Positions 1 to 26,493 are shown, counted from the first letter of the stretch. The stretch: 64,000 nt of DNA from Chlorokybus atmophyticus (GCA_009103225.1 RHPI01002112.1:218150-282149); one strand, 5' to 3'. The notes: a model not told the origin generated them from the sequence alone. Program-made: numbers and translations.

Positions 1-66
1 TCGGCAAGCTCAGGCGTAAAAGTTACGGTAAACCAGCCTACTCTGGTTGGATTCAGCACAGTGACC

Positions 67-75
67 AAACCCTAA
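67..75 (+). promoter_or_regulatory. Telo-box (AAACCCTAA) upstream of the proteasome alpha-2 gene
   Basis: Exact AAACCCTAA about 180 nt before the ATG. Similar motifs lie upstream of COG1 (18240-18247) and the Myb gene (60736-60749). Confidence 0.5.
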
Positions 76-256
76 ACCAAGGAGTGGCACTGTCGCTACG
101 GGCGTTGGTGTTGTGGGCGGTGGCGACGGCAGTGTTGCGGAACACGGCGGAGCAGAGCGCCAGCTTTTCAAGTGGCGCCTGCTGCGTTTGAATAACAGTG
201 CGGTGAATTAGGCTTCTGTGAGGGTTGCGGAGGGAGCTTGAAGCAAGTTTGCCGCC

Positions 257-3064
257 ATGGGGGATAGCCAGTACTCCTTCTCGCTCACCACCTTCAGGTC
301 CGTTTGCATCAAAATTCGCGGATTCTAAGCATTGTGTTGTGCATGCAAGCAGTGTTGGATCTATTTGACGTTGTAAGGGCTTGGGTGCTGTGCCCGCCAT
401 GCCCATGAAGCAACGGCGTTAGTCTACATCATGTTGCGTTTGTATTGCTGCTGCTGACATCAATGGAAGTTGTAATGCACTTGTAACGCACATAGCACTT
501 GTGTACTCTCTTGAACTTGAAGAGGAAAATTTTCTTAAGTTGCACAATTGCCAAATAGCAGGCACAACTGCTGGCTATGCTTTGTGTGGCATCACTGTTG
601 TCGTTGATTGTCAAAGTTTATGCTAGCAAGTAGGAGGTATTGGCCGACGTGCGATCGTTGCGGTCTCCAGGTCGTAAATGCTTATAGCAACCATGTCCAC
701 CGGCATCCCTGCAGTGACGTTGCTGGTTGTTAGTTATGGAGCAGGGTGCAGTAGTGACAATTTGACGAACACATGCTGCTGTTGAAACCTATACATGTTG
801 TTGCGTTTGGTGCATGTTCGTGCGTGTGCATGGTATGGAGCATGGTGCAGGTGATAAGTCCATGAACACATGCTGCTGTTGTGACCCATTTAGTATGTTG
901 CATTTGGTGCATAGTCGTGCGTGCGCACAAGTGCCCGCGGCATCCCGTGTTTGTCCCAGTTGTTGTGCACGCCCTTAATCTCTGATGTGTCATGACAGTC
1001 CATCTGGAAAGTTGGGGCAGATCGAGTATGCGCTCAACGCAGTTGCGGCCGGACCCACGTCATTGGGCATCAAAGGTATATTGCATCAGTGTTTCTGCAC
1101 CCAGTCCTTGTGCCAACCGACTCAGTTGTTACGGTATGACTGCAACGCGTCTCTATGTTGCAGCAACCAACGGAGTCGTGATTGCTACAGAAAAGAAGCT
1201 GCCGTCTATCCTTGTTGACGAGAACACGGTATAGCTGATAAATACCTAGCAAACATGATATTCTTACGCCACAACAAAACATTAGTTGGTGCATGTCGTG
1301 TCAGGCAACACCAGTCGCTTTTTCCTCTGGTTCTTTTGACACATACTGTTGCTTCTTGCAGGTGAAAAAGATATCGCGTATTACAGAGAACATTGGCGTT
1401 GTGTACAGGTACTGCAGTTAGACAAGCCAAGTTGTACGCATGCCTGGGCTTGTAGATGACATGGGCTTTGGTCAGTGATGGGTAGTGGTGTGACTGTGAA
1501 TTATGTGTGATTGTGCAGTGGTATGGGCCCAGATTCAAGAGTTCTTGTCAGAAAAGCCAGGAAAACAGCGCAGCAGTATTTCCGGTTGTACCAGGTAGGT
1601 TGGATAGGTGGCACTGTCCCCTCCCCCCCCCCCCCCCCCNNNNNNNNNNNNNNNNNNNNNNNNNNNNNNNNNNNNNNNNNNNNNNNNNNNNNNNNNNNNN
1701 NNNNNNNNNNNNNNNNNNNNNNNNNNNNNNNNNNNNNNNNNNNNNNNNNNNNNNNNNNNNNNNNNNNNNNNNNNNNNNNNNNNNNNNNNNNNNNNNNNNN
1801 NNNNNNNNNNNNNNNNNNNNNNNNNNNNNNNNNNNNNNNNNNNNNNNNNNNNNNNNNNNNNNNNNNNNNNNNNNNNNNNNNNNNNNNNNNNNNNNCCTCC
1901 CCCCTTAAACCCTGTGATGTTGCGCTGGAGTTTTTAACCTATCTGTGGTCTTATCTCAGGAAGTAATGCCCATTGCACAACTTGTGCGAGAGATTGCCGC
2001 CGTCATGCAGGAGTCTACACAATCTGGGTAAGCATATTTGAGCATGCAATGCTTCTGCCGCATGGCTGCATACGGGGTTTTCAAGAACTTGCACCAGCCC
2101 TTGACGGTGTTCATGACAGAGGAGTGCGGCCGTTTGGTGTCTCGTTGCTCGTTGCCGGCTACGATGACGGCGGGCCGCAATTGTTCCAAGTGGATCCGTC
2201 AGGCTCGTATTTTGCCTGGAAAGCTTCAGCTATCGGCAAGAACAACCAGAATGCAAAGACTTTCCTGGAGAAGCGGTATGTTATCTGTAGCGTACGATGA
2301 TGTGCGTGATGGTTATTTGAGGCCCCGTTGACCTGCCCAAACTTGAGAAGTCCACTCTGGCGCCAGGAGCTTATTTGCGCTTGCAGGTACACGGAAGAAA
2401 TGGAGCTCGAAGATGCAGTGCACGCAGCAATACTCACCCTGAAAGAAGGGTACGTATTGAATGGCACAAGTGTAGACGCTGGACATCACCAAGACATGCT
2501 TCAATTGGTTTGTTTCACTTTGTCATGACTTAAACGAGCACATGTTGAAGATCGATGTCATGCGACTTCTCTTGTGCCAAAACAGTCATGCTCATGATTG
2601 TACCGTGTGCAGGTTCGAAGGTCAAATATCTGCTCACAATATTGAGATTGGTGTGGTGACCGCAGATCGCAACTTCAGGTGAATATCTCTAAATATGTTT
2701 TCAAAGCATGTTTTTCATACATGCCATTGGAACTGCTGGGCGCACACCAGTTTGTCACGAGGTCGAGCCACCAACCCCAGTTGTTACCTCACGCAATATA
2801 CCTACCTCACAGTGATAGGTATACTGCCTAGGGTAAAAACAACCGGGATATCACCTCAGGTAGTATCCCTCTTACCCTATACCTAGTACTGTAGGAGGTA
2901 TCACCTCAGGTAGTATACCTCTTACAATACCAGGTATACTGCCTGAGGTGGCAATTGGGGTGGGTGACTGCTTGCTTTCGAGTATGCTGGCTCCCATCTG
3001 ACGTCTTGTTTGCAGAGTCCTCACTCCGGCTGAAGTGGACGATTACCTGCAGGAAGTCGAGTAG
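257..3064 (+). CDS. PSMA2: 20S proteasome subunit alpha type-2 (10 exons)
   Basis: Spliced product [29 protein letters not shown]...[13 protein letters not shown]...[18 protein letters not shown]...[14 protein letters not shown]. All nine introns are GT-AG with consistent phase; intron 5 contains an N gap. Confidence 0.97.
2766..2969. mobile_element. Fold-back/MITE-like insertion in PSMA2 intron 9
   Basis: Imperfect terminal inverted repeats of about 33-38 bp (2771-2803 vs 2932-2964). The interior reiterates the CACCTCAGGYAGTATACCT motif in both orientations. Confidence 0.55.
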
Positions 3065-3210
3065 TTTTGGGCTGAGCTTAGCACATTTGTGAAGTAGATG
3101 CATTACATTCCTGCGCGTGGCCTCTGCAGTGCTTCTGTGCGCACTCGTCACTCGTGCTTGCTGTTGCTAACTAGCAGAGTGCAGCATCAGTGTTGATTTG
3201 TGTGTTAGTG

Positions 3211-3765
3211 CTACGCTTGTTGCAAGTTGTGCATGGCCAAAGCCATTCGCCAACCTTCAGCCAGCGCGACCCAGGTGAGGCACAAAAGCAAAGGTGTTGT
3301 TGTGTCAGCTGTACAAAAGTCCAAAACACTACCCCTCTCGCATTTTCTTTTCTGTTCTGTTCTGTACTCTACACATGCATTAAATGCTCAGCACATGTTG
3401 CAGATGCTCGGCAGCAGCATGCATCAGCTCATGTCATGTATACGCACGATGGCATGTGTGTCAAATGGTGTCTTAGATCTCTGTACACAGCAGTGCATCG
3501 TCTCCTGCGGCTGCGTCGCAGCCGCAGCTCGCTGCTCGAGACATATGCCGACAATTGCACGTGCATGGGGATCATTGGAGTCTGCCCATGCCAGGGAGTG
3601 GCCAAACAGCCACCAGGGAGTGATGTGCATGCTGCTTGCATGCTCTACGCTAAGTGACAAAACCCTAAGACCGTCAGCAGTCGCGGCCGGGACATTGTGG
3701 GCAAGTGGAGAGTGACGGGTGGCGGTGTGGGGGAGTCCATTTGGGTCTGCTGCTGTTGTGGACAT
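3211..3765 (-). CDS. Hypothetical 152-aa protein (2 exons: 3765-3448, 3351-3211)
   Basis: ATG at 3765, a phase-0 GTGCGT...CAG intron that joins the frames cleanly, and TAG at 3211. No motif recognised. Confidence 0.45.
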
Positions 3766-3875
3766 TCGAAGGGCTGGCCGCTAACTGAAGCCCGTGCTGC
3801 TGTGCATACTATGTTGCACCACATGCATATGGTATAGCAGTCGGGGCCATTAGCACAAGTGCATGCTGGCGTATA

Positions 3876-4310
3876 CTAACGGGGTAGGGGTTGAGGCGTT
3901 AGGTAAACCTAACAAGCAGCCCGGTGGTATGAAGTAATGGCGTGTCATTGCCTGAGTTGAGTGCTGCTGTAGTGCATGACATTGCATGCGAGTGACACCT
4001 TGCATGCGGGCTATGTAGCACTACTTTATCTTATAAACCATAGATCTGCCTACCCAATACGCACGATATGCGGGTTTGAATGCGCATGTATGGCTAACGA
4101 GGTTGGGCTGTAGTGAAGGTAGGTAGATAGTGTCTTGATGTATATAGCCCAGTGGTGGTGGTGGTGCAAACATGCACGTGTGTCGTGCATGCCACATCCC
4201 TCATTGCATTCGTACACCTCAGTCTAACATCAGTAACCACTGAGCACAACCACTCACTTTTTACGCTTGACACTAACCTTATGAAAAGTACCCCACCCCG
4301 TTAGTCATGC
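3876..4310. repeat. Three copies of a two-box repeat (CCACCGGGCT ... CCCCGTTAG)
   Basis: Reverse copies at 3876-3927 and 4094-4155, and a more degenerate forward copy at 4237-4304. The same boxes recur at 32.5-32.7 kb and 37.1-37.7 kb. Confidence 0.6.
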
Positions 4311-4849
4311 GTGCATGCATGTACAGTCACTTTTATTTGCATAATGTGCAGCTTTACAGAACGAGTTTTGTGTTTTGCAAGGGTTTTGTCATTGCTATTC
4401 GTCAATAGTGCGCAGCAACCAGTTAGCAATACCATACATATAGTGTCGACCAGTGAGCACTTGTAAAACACGGACGCCTCAAGAGCGTAATTAATGTGTT
4501 CATCGGCTATTATAAAAAAAAAGATACATACGACCTCAAACTGATGATTCGGCCACAACGAGAAAAGTATCCGAATTGACATGCATAATAGAAATGGTTT
4601 ATTATGTAAAGAACAACGCAGCGTACTGAAGTGCACAATGCGGCTAATGTGTCCTACCTTATCTTGTACACTACATTGTTGTTATGTTCCTCATCATGTG
4701 ACCGCAGAGGATAAGCCTATTATCTGTATAATTAATGAGTTTTAAGTGGAACACATTCGCGTGTGGCACCTCCTCTCCCAAACACATCATCTAAGCAGCT
4801 GTCCGTCACATTTGCTGCTTAACATTGTTGTCTTGCTACTTAACATTTG

Positions 4850-5200
4850 TGCGTGTGTGTGTGTATATATATCATATAATACATATATATATGTATATAC
4901 ATGTATATATGTATGTATGTATATACACATATATTCATATACGTATTCATAATGTTTTTGAACATCAAGTTTATTGCAAGTTGATGTTAAGGCAATCAAC
5001 TACTATATATACACCTACATATATATATATATATATGTATATATGTATATATGTATGTATGTATACATACACATATACTCATATACGTATTCATATAGTT
5101 TTTTTGAACATCAAGTTTATTGCAAGTTGATGTTAAGGTAATTAACTACTATATATACACCTACATATTCACATATACATGTCATATGTATATATACTTA
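4850..5200. repeat. TA/TG-rich low-complexity tract with an internal tandem duplication of about 130 bp
   Basis: The block TATACGTATTCATA...GAACATCAAGTTTATTGCAAGTTGATGTTAAGG...TACACCTACAT occurs twice (about 4925-5020 and 5070-5167). Confidence 0.85.
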
Positions 5201-7338
5201 CATTCACGACGTGGCAGGCGGGAAAACGACCAAATCTACAATATCGCGTGGTGCACACGAAAGGTTGAAATTGGCAATAAGCTAGGTGTCCGGTGTTAGG
5301 CCATTAGGCTACCCGTTTACACGTTAATGCTGATAGCCTAATAGCCTATTAGGCTATTAGGTAAATTAAGAGCATGATAGGCTAGTAATGTAGCGCGCTG
5401 TTGCTCTCCCGCGCAAAGCGGCCATCATCCAATCATCTGCGACGACGCTTCCACAAGGTTAACGCAGGCCGCGCCATCAGTGCGGCAGTCTTGTCCTGTT
5501 GCGACTCGGTCGCAACAGGACAAATGCTGCATTGAATCGCTTCATGCAAATCACCGCGCAAGACATCAGACATGCCGCAAGATGCCGCGCATGCACGCCG
5601 CCGACATGCATGAATTGGAATCATGCCTATCGGTCTCCTCAGTAGATGCTGGGACGCAGGACCTACCTTTCCAAAGCCGGCGTGATGGCACCTGCCTTCA
5701 TGACTTTGTTGTCCCTGTCAAATTGAGAGTATTAAACGCACTACAGTTGCAGCTAAAACATGCACGCCGCCGCCTCTACCGGTCATTGTGGTCAGGCGGC
5801 CTGCATGGAAGAAGTGGCTGGCATGTCTTGTATGGTCGGCTGATCCCACGTCAGCATTTATCTACTTACTTCTCGCTAACGGGCTCTGCATTGGTGATCG
5901 CTCTGTCGGCCGATGACGTCGGCGGGTCTCCTCATACACTTTTGTAAATACTTGTACTGCATGAATGTACGAAATCTAACATGTAGGCCTACTGGTCATG
6001 TGATAACACCAATGTGGAGTTTCCATTCAGGTGCTGCATTACCATGTTTGGTAAACGTCCTCAGACGTCCATCGCAAACATTTCATAGGCATAAGCTGCT
6101 TGGGGTTAACGCAACCCGCGCGCCGTTTGCAGGCGTCCAAACTGCCTGTTAAAGCCGGAAGCAGATGCGTAGGCAGTGTAGGCTGAGAGCGGCCCGACGG
6201 CACAACGTGATAACTTGAATCTCGTCGACACCAGCACCAAACCCGACATTGGTTAGAGTGCACCCGCGTTTTTTACGCAAAACGCCACCACAGCTAACCG
6301 CAGTCATCTGCAATCCATCAGCTTATGGGCAACATAGCCTTCAGCGCTAACTAGGTTTGGCGACAACGTGACCGCGAAAACGTGAGCAGGCTGTCCCGTC
6401 AGTCTGACCCTTTAACCCGATCAAACACGAAACAAACTTTTCCCGCTGAGGCCGCGGGTGTTGATATCTTCTCTACGCGGGTTCTGCATTTAGACACCCC
6501 CCCCCCCCCCCCCCNNNNNNNNNNNNNNNNNNNNNNNNNNNNNNNNNNNNNNNNNNNNNNNNNNNNNNNNNNNNNNNNNNNNNNNNNNNNNNNNNNNNNN
6601 NNNNNNNNNNNNNNNNNNNNNNNNNNNNNNNNNTAGTCACCCCCCCCCCCCCCCCGTGCTCCTGGCGACAGGGCCGCGGACTGTGCCGGGCAATGCCTTG
6701 CAACGACACTCAGCTTCAAAAATCCCGCTAGCGTTTCATCGCGCATTAACGGGCGCGTTAATAAGGCGGCGAGTCCTCCCGTTCAGCCTTATTGGGTGCA
6801 TTATCTTGTCAGGTAGCGCGGAAAACGCAGCGTTAAGAGTCCTCTTATCGCTTTATGTCAGGTACATAGGCCGCGCTCAAGCAAGGATTAGCAAAAGCGG
6901 CAGCGGCGGTGACGGCGGCAGTGTGGTTGGTGTTGTCGGTGTTGGTGTTGGTGTTGGTGTTAGTGTTGATACCACACTCCCTTCTTCTGCACAGTTCAGC
7001 GCCGGAACTGGTAAGACTACGCTCACATCAGTGTCCTTGCTTTGTTGATCAGTCGCTGTTCTTGCTGGATTTGGATTGGCCCCGCCTGGCCTGGTGTGCC
7101 CTGCCCTTCCTGGCCCTGCCCTTGCCTTGCGTTGTCTGGCCAGGTGTAATCAAGCTACAGCTGCAGTGCTTTCTTTCGCTGCCCTCATGCATGCTCTGCT
7201 TGTGCTTGACGACACACTCACACTCACACTCACAAGTTTCGCAATTGGTCTTGCAGGATCCACGCAGCTCACCACCGTTGCCAGGAACAACAGCACGCAC
7301 ACTACCAGACCCACTTATACTTCATCAGTGCATGCACG

Positions 7339-8789
7339 ATGGCTGGCGGCGAAGTGATGCTTCAGTCTCCTCTTCGCCACAACTTCGACAACAGGATTGC
7401 AGGGCCGCCGCCGCTGTTGAGCGTGCGCTGCGCCAGAGTGCTGCAAAACCTTACCCGAGATGACGCCAACGGCAGCATCGTGGTTGAGGCGTGCCACAAG
7501 GTTGGCAAGCTTGTGGTCAGCGACAAGCATGAAGAGGTCAGCAACATTGAGGATGAAGATGATGTCTACAAGCCAAGCACCAGCAGCTGCGGCCATGGCG
7601 TCAAGAGCACGCGCCTTGCGGTGTCGTCCACGCCTGATGTTGCATGCTTTCATGTGAGTTTTCATTCGTGTAGTGAACTCGATGCATGCTTCTGTATGGG
7701 AACTATACTCTGATGCATTTGGTTGTCGCACAGATGTGCGAGGGTTGTAGAGTGACGGAGTCGCGTGCGAACCAGTTTGCGCTGTGTCCCGGATGCGCAT
7801 TGGTCCACTATTGTTCCACTGCATGCAGGTAAATTCGTCGTCGCACATCTCTTGCTGTTTATCCTGTTAGTGTCTTACTGACCAGGTGGCATGCAGTCAT
7901 CAACCACAACTTGTTGTAATGCTGCCAAAAATAACATAGATTCTTGTGGCACAACAGGCGTGTGGACTGGCCTGAGCATCGAGAGCGCTGCTCGATGGTA
8001 AAGGTGAGGCGTGAGCGCGCTGCAGCTGAGAGGCGGCGAGCCCGGGAGCAGGCGCTGTTCACAGCAGATGTCGCACATATGGGTAAGTTGTTTTCCGCCT
8101 ATTGTTATGTCCTCGGTGGCTTGTGTTCATGGTTTGCATCGTTGGCGTGTGTGTGTGCATATGGTCACATGGGTACGCGCTCGCATGTGCATTCGTGCGT
8201 GGTTCCCTGCTTTTTTGTATCTGCACGCATGCGCGCACGTGTGCAAGTGTGTTTTCGCGCGCATTCGCATGTGCATGTGTGTGTGTGGAGGGTTGTCTGT
8301 CAGGTTGCGTGCGCGTGTGCGTGTGTGTTATGAAGCATGGGTGCGTTACAGTCTACTTCACTTGCGCATGCGTGTGTGAGTAGTAATTCATGCATCCTGA
8401 CGACTCTCATTCCACCTGCAGCCGCGTTGATCAAGTGTCTGCTCGATGATCGCGACGCCGGGCGCGACATTGATGAGATCTTCCTCGAGCATGCGTTTGC
8501 ATTCACAAACGCACTGGTGGCCGGCGAGCTGGATTATGAGCGCTACGGCCGCAGCGTGAACCACACGCCCACGTCAAGTGGCAGAGGAGGGAGGGGGAGG
8601 GGGAGGCCCCCGCCATCCAACAGCTGGGCCACATTCGAGGTGGGCTACTGCAACAAGGAAAACTACACGTCCTCCTCATGGGATGTGAAGAAGCTGAGAC
8701 ACCAGTGGATCACGTGTGGAGCCGCGTCCATCACGCGGCGCATGAGGGGGGAGGATAATGGCTACTCGCGCGGGTTCAGGTCCTGCTAG
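7339..8789 (+). CDS. zf-MYND domain protein (5' end uncertain; may extend to about 6900)
   Basis: Exons 7339-7653, 7734-7828, 7958-8082 and 8422-8789 splice in phase. They give CEGC...CPGCALVHYCSTACRRVDWPEHRERC, the MYND C-x2-C...C-x2-C...YC-x3-C...DW-x2-H-x3-C pattern. Confidence 0.8.
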
Positions 8790-9947
8790 AGTGGCGGTGT
8801 ACGTATGGTTATGATATTATTATTATATTATGCAGATTGTCCTGATTGTTTCGCGCATGTTCTGCGGGTTTTACCGCGCGCAGTTGTTGATTGTGATGGC
8901 GGTGGAAGGGTGGGTTGCTATCTAGGCGGCCTGTTAGCTTTGTACCTTAGCGCAGTACTATTTCTAAAAGTTCAGTGGCAATGAAGCTGCTGCGTTATAT
9001 GCTTCTTCTGCAAGGACACGTCATGGTAACGATGTAGCTGCTGATGTTGCACTGTAAGTATGCTTACACTTGTCTCTGCTGTGGCATTCTGATGCTGATG
9101 TATTCATGTGTTCATACATACTTGAGTCGATGCAAACAACGCAGGTATGTGCAGGCTGGTAGGGTAGCTAAATGGCACTCACATGTTGTGTAGCAGATTT
9201 TATTGTGGATAGCCTGTGCTATCGTTTCAATGGCCACTCCATGGCAAGATTGTATTTTTTTCAATGCCACATTACTTACACCACATTTGTGCAAAGCTGG
9301 TTCGCAGATTGTTGTGCACAACACAACACATGGCAGTTCACATAGCACAGCAAGCAAGCAATATATCAGGTGGGCACTATGTCCATTACATGTTTGCCAC
9401 CATATTTCGATACCTTATGCCCTATGGGAGCTTGGAAGTTTGATGTACCAAATCTGTCTGCCAAGCAAGCGAGAATATAGTAGGCATGGCAGAGTCAATC
9501 ACATAGTTAACAAAACGTCATCAACCACAATACCAACCCACTCTCACACCAGGATCGTCCATCCCTTCTCTCCCCTCCTCTCTCCTCACCTCTCACGCAC
9601 ATGCATGCGCATTCGCACATCTCAACGAGCCCATCGCTCACGCGCATAGCCTACACACCTATGTCCATACCCAAAGGCAACACTAACATCATAATGCACT
9701 GCCACCAACAGCAGACACAAACTACACAGACAGCAACCATGATGACAAGCAACGTGCAGTGTCCAAGAAATATGTTGAAGGTGCCACCAGCACTGCGTCA
9801 GCCAAATTCAACAAATGCACTCCCATTCCTGCGATGGCAGGTGAGAACTTGCAAGGTACAGAACACATGTATGTGCAACTAAAACAAGCCTGCACAAAAA
9901 GAGGAAACGCTGCTGCTATTGTTGTGGTGTAAGGATAGCTATGTCGT

Positions 9948-17785
<7,838 letters not shown>

Positions 17786-18501
17786 GCTGCTGCCCGTACC
17801 CCCCTCGGCAGCCTGATTTATACTCACTCAATCTCTGACACTCCCCCTCCACGCCCTCCTCCGCGTCCTACTCCCCTCACCTCCACGTCCGCCGCCGCCG
17901 CCGCAGACAGCAGAGAGCTGCAGGAACTTGTGTAAACGCTTTTCGTTACACTAGGATCACACGGCGGCCACAACGTGGCAGCCTCGGACATGTAAGCTAG
18001 GCTACGCGATGCTGGCCACTGGTACCATCATGGTACTACTGTACCATGCATGAACCCACACAGTACAGTAGGTTCCTAGCAGTCATCAGACGCCATTAGT
18101 CATGTGGTGCAGTGTGCAATAGGAATGTGTTTAGCGTGCGTAACATTACCGCGTAGTCTTAATTTGAGGGCCAAGACGCCAATACATCGCATTGGATGCA
18201 GCCTTCAATTGCAAAGGCTGATGAAGAGCAGTGTGTAACAAACCCTACACTGCCAGCTGGCAGAGGCAGCGACAAGCGTGAGGGGCGGCGTGAGGGGCGG
18301 TGACGTTGGCGAGGCGGTTGATGTCACCCAATGCGCGTCGCTAGGGGACGATGACGAGGCGTACTGGTTGGCGCATTGTTGGCTGCGAGACTTTGAGGCA
18401 GGATGGCGCTGCTCGCAAATCCGGAGGGGCCAATTCTGATCATCACTATGGTTTGGCCTGCTAATGCTGATTGGATCTAAGTGCTCTGGACTGGCACTGC
18501 C

Positions 18502-24456
<5,955 letters not shown>

Positions 24457-26113
24457 AATGATGAACTGGTGCCTGACGGGTGGGCTATGCAGCAATGCCA
24501 TCAGTGCATTGTATCCTAGATCTAAATGTTCTGCCTACTTCAAGCAAACCTCGCATTGGTTGTGTGTACTGATCGCGTGCACCGGCATGGCGTGTGCATG
24601 CGAGATGACGATCATGCTGACATGGCCATGATGAATTAGCGATATGTTTGCATGGCCCCAACTTGCACGACCGTGGGCCCCCGCGGTTACTAAATGGCGG
24701 GAGCGTGCGGATCAAGCTCCCAACATGGCTATCAGCATTAAAAAAAAAGTTTTGCACAGTCCCAGGTTGTGACTACTGCGGGGCCCCAATAGTAGTCAGA
24801 TATTAGGAACCTGCAATCTCAGCTACCAACCGGTGTTTGTTAAATGTAACGACTGTAGAATGACCAATGCACATGCACAATAATTGTTTGCTTGCTTGCT
24901 GTACCTAGTCTTGGTTGGTTGCGTGTCTGAGTACGCGTGTGTGCATGTGATAGACTGTGATACCATATGCATGCCTCATTGCTTGCGGAAGACAGCCCCA
25001 CCTAGCGTAGTTGAGCTTGGTAATATGCAGTGGTTGATGTGTATGTCATTGCTTGGTGGTCTTTGCTGGGTACTATGCTGCGTGTGCTTGTAATCCGGGC
25101 ACCTTTATGTTACCTTACATTGTGCCTGGCACAGCCTGCTTGAACTCATGCGTGCTACCATAAACATAGCGAGCGGCCGGCGATGGCATGCAAACTTGTG
25201 TTGAGCCCAATGTTTGCCAATCGGTACCTTGGTAAGGTAAGTGCACGTCAGCAGTAATGCGTATCAGCTACCTTGTTGTTAATGATAGAAAATGCAAGTG
25301 CCTTAAGTTGTTTGGATATCACTTGTGTTCGTATATGCTAGCTTTGTCGTGATGCTATGTTGCCTTATTCATACATGCTTTGCTTTCTCTCAACTGAGTG
25401 ATGAGTTGGCAATGAAAACCGTATTCAAGATTGTCGACGACCATGTACTGAGTACAAAGCAGCTCATTTATGTCAGCAGTTTTGCCCGCTAAATATTGAT
25501 TTCATCGCAATGGAAGCGATATTGTTCTTGAGTTGCTCTCATTATCCTGCGCGCTGTTCGGGTCCAGCGTGTCATTTTATTATCATATGCATGCCGCATC
25601 TTACTTAACTATAAAAGATCCTTAACATTTGGACTTTATTAGCACAAGGTGCAGCTGAAAGCGTTTCACAATTGCACTTGGTTACACGTCTCGTACTATA
25701 CATTTATAATTCCACCCTCACATGAACTACATGTAATACGTGTTATGTATAATACAGGTTTGGTATAGCTAGCGGTGGTCTACTTTACAAAGATTATGCA
25801 ATAGGGATCGGCCCATGAAACACACATAATGCAAATTTCATTATAACATGCACTAAAAAGCGAAAATGCTTTTAGTAATATACACAGTTTGCCTTTGTGT
25901 GTAGTAACACTCACTTATATATTCAATTTAAGCTAATCTTGGTCAAAACATTGTTGAACAAACACCTGATAATTTATCCAATAATTGTGCAAAATGAGAG
26001 AATACCAGCCGGTTAACATGGCTCGGCCATTATGATTATGATATGGTCATTATAGCTATCACAATCGCTATTAAAACAATCCGCGCTAACATCGCCATTA
26101 TAGCGAGGGCAGC

Positions 26114-26194
26114 AATCATGGAGTTTGCTGATTAGCCAATTAGCAAACTCCATGATTCATGGAGTTTGCTGATTGGCTAATCAGCAAACTCCAT
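26114..26194. repeat. Two tandem 16-bp-arm hairpins that together form one larger palindrome
   Basis: AATCATGGAGTTTGCT pairs with AGCAAACTCCATGATT, followed by ATGGAGTTTGCTGATT-GGCT-AATCAGCAAACTCCAT. Confidence 0.9.
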
Positions 26195-26304
26195 AAAGAA
26201 CAACGTTGCATGATGAACATATGTTATGTTATATACAATGAGGTACATTTTAATGTATTTATAAAATATTATTGCATAAAGACGGTCGATTATTGGGGGT
26301 GGGG

Positions 26305-26493
26305 GCTGAAGCATCAGTTGCCACTGGTTGAGTCGCTCAAAGCAGTGGTTCGACAGCGCAGCACAGAGCGGTTGCAAGAGCTGGAACTGTCACCATCAGA
26401 TTGTGCAGTGGCGTTGTCCGCCATAGCTGTGCTGGATGGCCTATCATCATCCCAGGTATGTGTTGCCCAATAGTTGGTGCACAGCCATCTCCA
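26305..26493 (+). repeat. Identical 189-bp copy of a COG1 exon-intron fragment (19839-20027)
   Basis: Identical on base-by-base reading, including the 5' splice site and intron bases. It is preceded by a G-run and ends at a single N. Confidence 0.9.

Noticed and set aside
4145-4155. TAGCCCAGTGG matches a Pol III A-box, suggesting a tRNA-derived SINE
   Set aside because: No B-box or cloverleaf downstream in any copy.
9720-9840. Exon-like fragment (DDKQRAVSKKYVEG...) ending in a GT donor
   Set aside because: No start, partner exons or recognisable family.
25398-25450. GTGATGA...CTGA, possible C/D snoRNA
   Set aside because: Short, no terminal stem, no recognisable rRNA guide.
24700-26100. 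AT-rich island with faint hAT-like peptide snippets (RW, DP)
   Set aside because: Too degraded to support a transposase call. The AT-rich zones at 42.7-43.7 kb and 59.3-60.4 kb also gave no assignable protein.
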